Origin: Eledone cirrhosa | Lineage: Eukaryota | Reading direction: 5' to 3' | Assembly (NCBI GenBank): GCA_964016885.1 | Contig: OZ024741.1 | Location: forward strand, 61,070,001-61,134,000 | Length of the DNA stretch: 64,000 nucleotides | Part shown: positions 38,953 to 51,621 of the stretch, piece after piece | Layout of the letters: each line of letters opens with the position of its first letter | How positions within the stretch are numbered: position 1 is the first letter of the stretch | Made by a program: the position numbers and the translations under genes | Notes under the pieces: model-generated | The model's database searches: none | What the model saw: the letters and a program-made list of their open reading frames with translations, nothing else | What the model was told of the DNA's origin: nothing

Positions 38953-40848
38953 CTACCTTTCCGCTTCCCGGGGTTCGGGTTGCACGACTTCCATGGGGTC
39001 GGGGGTGTTGGGTGAAGGGGTGTCTTGTGGTGGTGTGGGGTCGTCAGTGTGTGGTGGGGTTGGGGTGTTTGGAGTTGTGTTGGGGAGGGGAAGGGGAGGG
39101 GGAAAGCTTTTTAGTAGGACGCGGTTTATGGGTTTGACAGAGGGTGGTCCTACGTCCTCCTTAAAATCCTTTTTTAGTTTTTGGTAGAGGTTCATTGGGA
39201 TCTTTATTAGTTTTAAATGTGGGTAGTTTTCTGACGAAACAAAGTTTACACCTTCGGTTTGTACCGAAGGATTATTGTATATGAGTTCATTTAATTTATT
39301 ATTGTTTCTGTTGATGTAAGTATAGTGTAATGTCTTTTTTTCCGATGGTGTGAGTGTTTCGAAGAGGGGAGGGGCAGGTTTGGTTTTGTTTGTTGCTGGA
39401 GGGGTGTTTTCTGTTTTGTTGGATTGTGTTGAGATTTGGGTGGGGGTTGTTTGTCCTTGTGTGTTTTGCACATGTTTTCTTTTTTTCCTTTTAATCTGTC
39501 TGAAGGACTCCGTTTCTTCCTCCGAATTAGTTGGGTTATCTTCAGTGTTGGAGGGAAGAGGTATGTTTGCTGGTAATGTTTCCGTGTTGGTTTTCTTTGT
39601 GGGGGAGATGGATGTCACTATGTTAGACTGTGTTGTGTGTTGTGTCTGCGGTGGTTGTGTTGTTTTATTGAGTGAGAGGTTGGGTGGGCCTGTATTTTGT
39701 TTTGGGGTAATGTGTTGTGACTGTTTGTGTTGTGGTGGTGTTGTGGTTTTACTGAGGGACGGGTTGGGTGGGACTGAGTTTTGTTGTTTGTTTATCTGTT
39801 GTGGTGGTGGAGCTGGTGGTGGTAGCAGGGTTTTCTTTTTGTTGAGTTGGGGACAAGCGGCCTTCAGGTGCCCTCTGCCTGCACAGATATGGCAGGACGG
39901 CCTTCTCCCCTCCACGCTAATGTTTATATACCCGTGGTCCTCTAATAGGATTCTGTCGGGTATTTGGGCGATGCGTTCAGGCTTCATTTGTACTACTAGC
40001 TCTATACCTGTTCCACTGAACGCATTGCCTGTGGTTTTCCCAATGGAAATCACGTTGTCATTCACTGGATCGATGAAGCCAGCTATGAGCCAGCAGTAGT
40101 CCACATCTGGCATCATTGCATCCAGCCATATGCGTTGAGTTCTTTTCCCCATATAAGATGGATAAAAGGTGAAATTTTTCGAACGAATCGGTGACAAAGC
40201 ACATTTTTTTGCCGCCGATTCGTTCTTCATGATAATTGCTAGGCTTCCATACAGTCTGTCTTTTCTTATGAAAGTGGTTTCATTAAGTACTTCTGTGAGT
40301 ACTGTTTTGATATCTGCTTGAGAAGGCTGTTCAGGTTTTTTTGTACTGTTGTTGATGGTCCGAAACTTGACCGTTCGGCTTTCAATGTCTTTCGTGAATT
40401 CTTGAGGCATTTTTACCGATAAAATACCATTCTCTCCTTCACTTATGTATTGTTTGGCGTCCGTGATCCTTCGTACCACATCTGAAATGTTTTCCGCTAT
40501 ATAAGTCAAAGATTTCTTTGTTTTCTGTGCAAATGAAATCTTGTCGTCTGCTTTGTTTTCTGATATGGTGTTATTTTCAACTGTTATTTTTGTGTTTGTT
40601 GTGTCTTTGTTTGTGTTATTAGTATTGTCATGCAATTTTTCAAATTTTTTTTTTTCGTTGTTGGAATCCAAGTCCAGATTTGTGTTTTCGTCATTTAATT
40701 TTTTCTCCGCAGATTCGTCTGTTTTTATTTTAATTTTTCCTTCCTTCTCTATGACGTTAGTTGGGAAGGAAGGGAGGACTAAGGCGTGCGAGCTTACAAC
40801 TCTTACCGCTGTCCCCCCACCACTATTTTCGTTCGCTGCGTTTAACAT
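38953..40848 (-). CDS. ORF1 of copy E (gag-like, intact CX2CX4HX4C knuckle)
   Basis: 631 aa; VEGRRPSCHICAGRGHLKAAC. Confidence 0.85.
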   Translation of the reverse strand: MLNAANENSGGGTAVRVVSSHALVLPSFPTNVIEKEGKIKIKTDESAEKKLNDENTNLDLDSNNEKKKFEKLHDNTNNTNKDTTNTKITVENNTISENKADDKISFAQKTKKSLTYIAENISDVVRRITDAKQYISEGENGILSVKMPQEFTKDIESRTVKFRTINNSTKKPEQPSQADIKTVLTEVLNETTFIRKDRLYGSLAIIMKNESAAKKCALSPIRSKNFTFYPSYMGKRTQRIWLDAMMPDVDYCWLIAGFIDPVNDNVISIGKTTGNAFSGTGIELVVQMKPERIAQIPDRILLEDHGYINISVEGRRPSCHICAGRGHLKAACPQLNKKKTLLPPPAPPPQQINKQQNSVPPNPSLSKTTTPPQHKQSQHITPKQNTGPPNLSLNKTTQPPQTQHTTQSNIVTSISPTKKTNTETLPANIPLPSNTEDNPTNSEEETESFRQIKRKKRKHVQNTQGQTTPTQISTQSNKTENTPPATNKTKPAPPLFETLTPSEKKTLHYTYINRNNNKLNELIYNNPSVQTEGVNFVSSENYPHLKLIKIPMNLYQKLKKDFKEDVGPPSVKPINRVLLKSFPPPLPLPNTTPNTPTPPHTDDPTPPQDTPSPNTPDPMEVVQPEPREAER

Positions 40849-41087
40849 TTCTGTTAGACGATTGAAATTTTTTACACAAAATTTTTTAAAACAGGTTTTT
40901 CACCTCTAGGAGGGGTAAAGATGAGCTGACCCACCGCCTGACAGTTCAGACGGAGGGTCAAGCTACACAATTGTATCAAAATTAAGTTTGAACTCACAAA
41001 ATTTCCTCAATAAATTTGAACAAAACTTCTGTGCGAAGTGAATGACATCCACACTGTAGAACAGACGACAGCTAGATGAGTAGATAA

Positions 41088-41124
<37 letters not shown>

Positions 41125-41476
41125 GTAATGCAATAGAAAGTGTAAGATTTTTCATGTTGAACAGCTTGACTCGAGGTTCGATCTTTGTTGAGATCTTCAT
41201 CAGTAATGGATTTCATCTTTTACAATCCACGAAGAAATAGACAACCAAATGCTTTGTATACCTAACAAATATTATAGAACTAGAGGACTGAGCCTTCCTA
41301 TTTGCATAATATTAGTGATTACCATGGTAGTTAATTAAATTATATATCATATTGTGCATATTTTTTCGTGAATTGTGAAAGATGTAGTTAGTTTCTGGTG
41401 ATGTCAATGAAAAGCAAAACTCGAATCAATATACGGAGAAATATGTACATAAAACATGTTTGCATAATTAAATATA

Positions 41477-41688
41477 CAGGGTGGCCCAAACGTCACGCAG
41501 CGGTTTTAGTTTTTATCAACTTCCTTAATTGTACAGATTGATGTATGACATTTTGATACAACTTAAAGGACATAATGGAAATTATTTTGCACTCGTCTAT
41601 CCTCGTCACACCTCTACATTACTAAATATTATAAAATAAAAAATAAAATAAAAAGTTGCGTCCCCTGTGTGACTTTTGGGTCACCCTG
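41477..41688. mobile_element. Tc1/mariner-type MITE
   Basis: TA|CAGGGTGGCCCAAACGTCAC ... GTGACTTTTGGGTCACCCTG|TA. Confidence 0.8.
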
Positions 41689-42065
41689 TATAAATGCTTT
41701 TGAGTCTTGTCTGCTGCGCGCAGCCCCAACACGACTATACCCTAGGTCCAGAGCCCAACACCCTGACCCTTCCCCTCCCATTCTTCTGTGGCCCTATCAC
41801 TTCTTTTCTGTTTTTAAATATTGATAAAATTTCTAGTTATGATGTGTAGGGTACCTTAATAATCTGTCTGTATGGTTGTTTTTCTGAATTAGAGCCCTTC
41901 CTTCTCCCTTTCAAAAAGCATATGAAACAATGTGTGTTTAAATACATATTTCTCGCAGCTTCTGTTAAAAACCTGTTCTGTTTTTACAGATATGAATTTA
42001 TAGTATACTTCACTGTTTAGTGCAAAATTCAATATATATATATACATACCTACACACACAGGCGC

Positions 42066-42150
<85 letters not shown>

Positions 42151-42201
42151 GGCTTCCTCATGATTTCTCCCGAATGAAACAGTTCTAGTCCTGTAGAAGC
42201 C
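42151..42201 (+). ncRNA. Hammerhead motif, pLTR family 1, core mutated (CTCATGA)
   Basis: GGCTTC/GAAGCC helix I, GAAACAG/CTGTA helix III; isolated in (TA)n. Confidence 0.6.
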
Positions 42202-42211
42202 ATTTCTATAT

Positions 42212-42308
<97 letters not shown>

Positions 42309-42417
42309 CAATATATGTGTGAATGAAGTAATTCCGTCGGAAAAGTCCAGGAAAAAAGAGTGCTCTATGTAGGTAACAGAGCTTAATAGTTATGTAATAA
42401 ACAACATAAGGCAATTA

Positions 42418-42477
42418 TTCCATTTACCAGTGGTTTCTTAAAAGCAAAAGATTTTGCTTTCAATCCTCAGAATGAAA
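42418..42477 (-). ncRNA. Hammerhead motif, pLTR family 2
   Basis: TTTCATT-CTGAGGA-TTGAAAGCAAAA/TTTTGCTTTTAA-GAAACCAC-TGGTA-AATGGAA. Confidence 0.7.
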
Positions 42478-42500
42478 AACACACACATATATACACACGC

Positions 42501-42537
<37 letters not shown>

Positions 42538-42699
42538 GAAATTGGAATAAATGCTCTGAAATAGCGATATATATGTGAATATAGACATAGAATATTCGAA
42601 AATATTCTGTATGTTTATAATAAACATTTTGAAGACCTAATCGCTATAGAATAGAATACGTCACGTATTACAATTAGATTCTCGATAAAAGCAAGGGAA

Positions 42700-42742
42700 G
42701 TAATCTACGCGTTTCATTCTTGTTAGAAATCATCAGGACTAC
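42700..42742 (-). ncRNA. Hammerhead ribozyme in left-arm unit (also at 43010, 43320, 43630, 43940)
   Basis: Reverse complement of the 44179 motif. Confidence 0.75.
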
Positions 42743-44178
42743 ATATCCAGTGCTTTTATCGAGAATGACACAGCTAGAGACTTATAGAATACTTAGCTGT
42801 GTACAGGAACTGGTTTGAAAGAGCGGTTGCCGGTCCGGCAGAAATTAGAAATTGGAATAAATGCTCTGAAATAGCGATATATATGTGAATATAGACATAG
42901 AATATTCGAAAATATTCTGTATGTTTATAATAAACATTTTGAAGACCTAATCGCTATAGAATAGAATACGTCACGTATTACAATTAGATTCTCGATAAAA
43001 GCAAGGGAAGTAATCTACGCGTTTCATTCTTGTTAGAAATCATCAGGACTACATATCCAGTGCTTTTATCGAGAATGACACAGCTAGAGACTTATAGAAT
43101 ACTTAGCTGTGTACAGGAGCTGGTTTGAAAGAGCGGTTGCCGGTCCGGCAGAAATTAGAAATTGGAATAAATGCTCTGAAATAGCGATATATATGTGAAT
43201 ATAGACATAGAATATTCGAAAATATTCTGTATGTTTATAATAAACATTTTGAAGACCTAATCGCTATAGAATAGAATACGTCACGTATTACAATTAGATT
43301 CTCGATAAAAGCAAGGGAAGTAATCTACGCGTTTCATTCTTGTTAGAAATCATCAGGACTACATATCCAGTGCTTTTATCGAGAATGACACAGCTAGAGA
43401 CTTATAGAATACTTAGCTGTGTACAGGAACTGGTTTGAAAGAGCGGTTGCCGGTCCGGCAGAAATTAGAAATTGGAATAAATGCTCTGAAATAGCGATAT
43501 ATATGTGAATATAGACATAGAATATTCGAAAATATTCTGTATGTTTATAATAAACATTTTGAAGACCTAATCGCTATAGAATAGAATACGTCACGTATTA
43601 CAATTAGATTCTCGATAAAAGCAAGGGAAGTAATCTACGCGTTTCATTCTTGTTAGAAATCATCAGGACTACATATCCAGTGCTTTTATCGAGAATGACA
43701 CAGCTAGAGACTTATAGAATACTTAGCTGTGTACAGGAGCTGGTTTGAAAGAGCGGTTGCCGGTCCGGCAGAAATTAGAAATTGGAATAAATGCTCTGAA
43801 ATAGCGATATATATGTGAATATAGACATAGAATATTCGAAAATATTCTGTATGTTTATAATAAACATTTTGAAGACCTAATCGCTATAGAATAGAATACG
43901 TCACGTATTACAATTAGATTCTCGATAAAAGCAAGGGAAGTAATCTACGCGTTTCATTCTTGTTAGAAATCATCAGGACTACATATCCAGTGCTTTTATC
44001 GAGAATGACACAGCTAGAGACTTATAGAATACTTAGCTGTGTACAGGAACTGGTTTGAAAGAGCGGTTGCCGGTCCGGCAGAAATTAGAAATTGGAATAA
44101 ATGCTCTGAAATAGCGATATATATGTGAATATAGACATAGAATATTCGAAATAAATTCTCGATAAAAGCACTGGATAT

Positions 44179-44221
44179 GTAGTCCTGATGATTTCTAACA
44201 AGAATGAAACGCGTAGATTAC
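44179..44221 (+). ncRNA. Minimal type I hammerhead ribozyme in right-arm unit (also at 44489, 44799, 45109, 45419, 45729, 46039, 46349)
   Basis: GTAGTC-CTGATGA-tTTCTaacaAGAAt-GAAAC-GC-GTA-GATTAC; palindromic helix III ACGCGT; enclosed by the 16-bp IR ATTCTCGATAAAAGCA/TGCTTTTATCGAGAAT. Confidence 0.8.
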
Positions 44222-46509
44222 TTCCCTTGCTTTTATCGAGAATCTAATTGTAATACGTGACGTATTCTATTCTATAGCGATTAGGTCTTCAAAATGTTTA
44301 TTATAAACATACAGAATATTTTCGAATATTCTATGTCTATATTCACATATATATCGCTATTTCAGAGCATTTATTCCAATTTCTAATTTCTGCCGGACCG
44401 GCAACCGCTCTTTCAAACCAGTTCCTGTACACAGCTAAGTATTCTATAAGTCTCTAGCTGTGTCATTCTCGATAAAAGCACTGGATATGTAGTCCTGATG
44501 ATTTCTAACAAGAATGAAACGCGTAGATTACTTCCCTTGCTTTTATCGAGAATCTAATTGTAATACGTGACGTATTCTATTCTATAGCGATTAGGTCTTC
44601 AAAATGTTTATTATAAACATACAGAATATTTTCGAATATTCTATGTCTATATTCACATATATATCGCTATTTCAGAGCATTTATTCCAATTTCTAATTTC
44701 TGCCGGACCGGCAACCGCTCTTTCAAACCAGTTCCTGTACACAGCTAAGTATTCTATAAGTCTCTAGCTGTGTCATTCTCGATAAAAGCACTGGATATGT
44801 AGTCCTGATGATTTCTAACAAGAATGAAACGCGTAGATTACTTCCCTTGCTTTTATCGAGAATCTAATTGTAATACGTGACGTATTCTATTCTATAGCGA
44901 TTAGGTCTTCAAAATGTTTATTATAAACATACAGAATATTTTCGAATATTCTATGTCTATATTCACATATATATCGCTATTTCAGAGCATTTATTCCAAT
45001 TTCTAATTTCTGCCGGACCGGCAACCGCTCTTTCAAACCAGTTCCTGTACACAGCTAAGTATTCTATAAGTCTCTAGCTGTGTCATTCTCGATAAAAGCA
45101 CTGGATATGTAGTCCTGATGATTTCTAACAAGAATGAAACGCGTAGATTACTTCCCTTGCTTTTATCGAGAATCTAATTGTAATACGTGACGTATTCTAT
45201 TCTATAGCGATTAGGTCTTCAAAATGTTTATTATAAACATACAGAATATTTTCGAATATTCTATGTCTATATTCACATATATATCGCTATTTCAGAGCAT
45301 TTATTCCAATTTCTAATTTCTGCCGGACCGGCAACCGCTCTTTCAAACCAGTTCCTGTACACAGCTAAGTATTCTATAAGTCTCTAGCTGTGTCATTCTC
45401 GATAAAAGCACTGGATATGTAGTCCTGATGATTTCTAACAAGAATGAAACGCGTAGATTACTTCCCTTGCTTTTATCGAGAATCTAATTGTAATACGTGA
45501 CGTATTCTATTCTATAGCGATTAGGTCTTCAAAATGTTTATTATAAACATACAGAATATTTTCGAATATTCTATGTCTATATTCACATATATATCGCTAT
45601 TTCAGAGCATTTATTCCAATTTCTAATTTCTGCCGGACCGGCAACCGCTCTTTCAAACCAGTTCCTGTACACAGCTAAGTATTCTATAAGTCTCTAGCTG
45701 TGTCATTCTCGATAAAAGCACTGGATATGTAGTCCTGATGATTTCTAACAAGAATGAAACGCGTAGATTACTTCCCTTGCTTTTATCGAGAATCTAATTG
45801 TAATACGTGACGTATTCTATTCTATAGCGATTAGGTCTTCAAAATGTTTATTATAAACATACAGAATATTTTCGAATATTCTATGTCTATATTCACATAT
45901 ATATCGCTATTTCAGAGCATTTATTCCAATTTCTAATTTCTGCCGGACCGGCAACCGCTCTTTCAAACCAGTTCCTGTACACAGCTAAGTATTCTATAAG
46001 TCTCTAGCTGTGTCATTCTCGATAAAAGCACTGGATATGTAGTCCTGATGATTTCTAACAAGAATGAAACGCGTAGATTACTTCCCTTGCTTTTATCGAG
46101 AATCTAATTGTAATACGTGACGTATTCTATTCTATAGCGATTAGGTCTTCAAAATGTTTATTATAAACATACAGAATATTTTCGAATATTCTATGTCTAT
46201 ATTCACATATATATCGCTATTTCAGAGCATTTATTCCAATTTCTAATTTCTGCCGGACCGGCAACCGCTCTTTCAAACCAGTTCCTGTACACAGCTAAGT
46301 ATTCTATAAGTCTCTAGCTGTGTCATTCTCGATAAAAGCACTGGATATGTAGTCCTGATGATTTCTAACAAGAATGAAACGCGTAGATTACTTCCCTTGC
46401 TTTTATCGAGAATCTAATTGTAATACGTGACGTATTCTATTCTATAGCGATTAGGTCTTCAAAATGTTTATTATAAACATACAGAATATTTTCGAATATT
46501 CTATGTCTA

Positions 46510-46601
<92 letters not shown>

Positions 46602-46604
<3 letters not shown>

Positions 46605-47889
46605 GGTGGGGCATAATTCATGTTACAAAGTTTAAATCAATTTAAAAATACATTATGTTGCTAATATAACTAATATATTTGTATCAAATCCATGCACTAT
46701 AACCATATTAACTATTGTTCAGAACATTACTCCATTAACAATTTGCAATGTCCATAGAATTGAAAAGAAAGTTCATAATGGAGAAGCATGAAAAAGGCCT
46801 GACTCCACCCAAGATATTTAAACTGGGGAAAATTCTTAAGATCAATAGAATGTTGATCAAAAGGACAATCGATCGATTTAAGGAAACTTCCTCGATCAAA
46901 GACAGACCTCGATCCAGACGCCCTCGCACCTCAAGAACACCAAAACTCGTTAAAAATGTGAGGGAAAAAATAAGGCGTAATCCAAGAAGGTCCATGAGAA
47001 AAATGGCAGAAGAAGCAAAAACATCGCCGAGAACTATGCGGAGGATATGTCGAAATGATCTGGGGATGTCACGCTCTAAGTTCCAAAAGAGGGAGCTTCT
47101 TTCTGCAGCCACAATTGAAAAGAGGCTCTCCAGAAATAAACTGTTATTGAACTGTATCAATGATGGCACGCTGCAAAATATCATCTTTACAGAAGAGAAG
47201 TTATTCCCTGTGCAGCAGTCTCACAATCATCAAAATGATCGAGTACTTGCAAAAAGTCTCAAATCAATTCCTTCAAGTGTAGGAAAAGTGTTCAGAACAC
47301 AGAAACCAGCATCAGTGATGATTTGGGCAGCCATTTCTGAAAGAGGTAAGTCTCCTCAAGGAGTTAAAATTAACAAAGAACTTTACATAAAGGATATTTT
47401 GGAAGGAGCACTGATGCCATAGTGCATATCTGTTTATGGCGATGACATTTGGACTCTCCAACAAGATGGAGCGACGAGCCACACTGCTTGCATAACACAA
47501 CAGTGGTGTAGAGACAATTGTCCTGCATGGTTCAGTAAGGAAGAGTGGCCTCCCACATCACCAGATCTCAACCCTCTCGATTTTTTTTTATGGTCAATTC
47601 TTGAGAGTGAAACCTGCTCTACTCCTAGCCAAAATATTGAAACTCTAAAATCAAAACTGAATAAAGTATGGGAGAAAATACCCATGGAAACTGTTCGTGT
47701 AGTCATCGAAGTCTTTCCTAGAAGACTTCCAGCGGTGGTGAGAGTTAGAGGAAAGCATTTCGAATAAATTTTTGTGCAGTTGTTTAATAGTATATTACTT
47801 ACTATTTGTTGGAGTCAGATCTTGAAATAAATGTTTTTTTCAAGAACTATTTGCATTTTATTTTGTAACAGTGTTTATGCCCCACCCTG
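46602..47889 (+). mobile_element. Tc1/mariner superfamily transposon, DD37D (maT-type), full length
   Basis: TIRs CAGGGTGGGGCATAA / TTATGCCCCACCCTG with TA flanks; 1288 bp. Confidence 0.92.
46748..47767 (+). pseudogene. DD37D transposase with an in-frame stop at 47420-47422
   Basis: IIFTEEKLF (first catalytic D reads E), VMIWAAIS, QQDGATSHTA..WPPTSPDLNPLDFF with 37 residues between the second and third D. Confidence 0.88.
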
Positions 47890-48300
47890 TATATGTACAA
47901 GCATACACATACACAAACATAGCCATACACACATACATATACATACATACATGCACACAATCATACATACACACGTACATACATACACATACATAAATGC
48001 ACTCCTCTACATATTCACACACGCAAATAAATATAAGAAAAAAATATAACAAAAAAATATATATAAAAAAATATAAAAATTATTATAGAGTTGACAGCGA
48101 TACAAACGGCGGGTAGATGAACAGACACGCGTGGTAAGTAATACACCCAAATGCACGTATACATACGTATGAAATAGTGAATACATACACACACTCTCAC
48201 ACATAAATATACATATACGAATACATAAACACATGCATACACATGCACAAATACATGCACAAACATGCACACACACACGTATACAATTATACACACACAT

Positions 48301-48349
<49 letters not shown>

Positions 48350-48529
48350 CACACACACATATACATACATAGCTATACAATTATACACATACAAATACGT
48401 ACATGTAATAAACACGCACAACCCAATACAAACACACACACACACAAATACATATATATATATACATACACACACATACATGTGTGTGTGTGTAAAACTC
48501 AGTCTTAGATAATTCATATGAACCTTACA

Positions 48530-50404
<1,875 letters not shown>

Positions 50405-51436
50405 TAAGATCAAAAGATGGTTAAAAGAGTTCCAAGTATTTTATTATGCGCATTTCAAAAACAAATAACATCATGCGATGACATTTGCGTTTTCGTCAGA
50501 TAAAATAGGGAGACGTGATATGAAGGTTAAAAACACTTGTGAATAGTGCAGTTTTAAATCAACATATGAAAAGTACTTTTAGATTGATGTGTGATATTGG
50601 GGAAAAAAAAAATTGAATAAGAAAAACAAAAATTTATTCAATTTGATATTGCCAGCTACTATTCTTCTATTTCGCTCTTACTTCTCAACAATGCTCTATC
50701 TTTCGCTTACAAATATTCAGACATCACCACAGATGAACTTCACATCATTCTGACCGCACGTAAAACCATCCTAGAGTTCAACAATGAATATTGGACCAGA
50801 GCTGATACCTCTAACAACTTTGACATCACAATGGGAGCATCCGATTCAACCCAATTGACAGATTTAAATAATATCTTTATTTTGAACTCTTTGAATCGGA
50901 AAATTCCTCAACTTCGTGGTGGACTTTATAGTGACGAAGGACTCTTTACTATCTTAAATTGCAACATAGTTAACCTTAATATTATTAAGAACAATATACG
51001 TAATCTCTTTAACCAACATAACTTAAAAATTGAATTTGATAACAGCATCAAACTAGCTAATTTCTTGGATGTATCTCTTAATCTTGACACTGGCCTATAT
51101 TACCCTTACCATAAAAACAATGAGAACCTAAATTATGTTAATTTTAAATCTAATCACCCCACTAATATTAAGAATGCTAAATTTAGTAATATTGGAAAAA
51201 GAATATCCAACCTATCATCTAATAAAAACATCTTTGATGCTAACGCCAATTACTATAATAACGCGCTTTCTAAAGCCGGTTATCCTGATAAAATCAAATA
51301 TAGTAAAGAAACAAATTCTAGAAGATCTTACAGTAGAATAATTAATCATGATCATTCCAATAACTTTAATAAAAGACCTAGATACAAAAACATATTCTGT
51401 TATAATGCTCCTTTCTCCATCTCTATTAATAATAAT

Positions 51437-51621
51437 TGTTTCTACTTTAGGCACAAGGCCAGCAATTACCAGTGCATTACTGGTACTTTATTTTATCGAC
51501 CCCGTAAGGATGAAAGGCAAAGTCAACCTCGGCGGGATTTGAACTCAGATCGTAAAGGGACATAACTATGCTGAAAAGCATGGCGTCCGACCCTCCACCG
51601 ATACTGCCAATCCACCGCCCT
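51437..51621 (-). mobile_element. tRNA-derived SINE inserted in the PLE ORF with a 15-bp TSD
   Basis: TCTATTAATAATAAT (51422-51436) / TCTGTTAATAATAAT (51622-51636). Confidence 0.88.

Larger units (their letters stand above)
35278..41055 (-). mobile_element. Tx1/L1-clade non-LTR retrotransposon, copy E (full length, ~5.8 kb, distinct subfamily)
   Basis: 5' UTR, ORF1, ORF2, 3' UTR; GATA repeats on both sides (35252-35277, 41072-41121). Confidence 0.95.
42536..46512. repeat. 310-bp hammerhead-containing tandem array (retrozyme-like), two divergent arms joined near 44152
   Basis: Left arm period 310 (42541, 42851, 43161, 43471, 43781, 44091 partial); right arm is the reverse complement, period 310 (44161 to 46331 partial); (TA)n on both flanks. 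Confidence 0.95.

Noticed and set aside
26884-40909. Antisense and alternate-frame ORFs over the Tx1 copies
   Set aside because: Shadow ORFs of GC-rich or low-complexity coding sequence
26554-41055. Segmental duplication as origin of the Tx1 stack
   Set aside because: Copies differ in ORF1 and 3' UTR sequence and in 5' truncation points
42536-46512. CRISPR-like array or 5S/snRNA gene cluster
   Set aside because: Units are identical with no unique spacers, no cas genes, and no recognisable 5S or snRNA sequence
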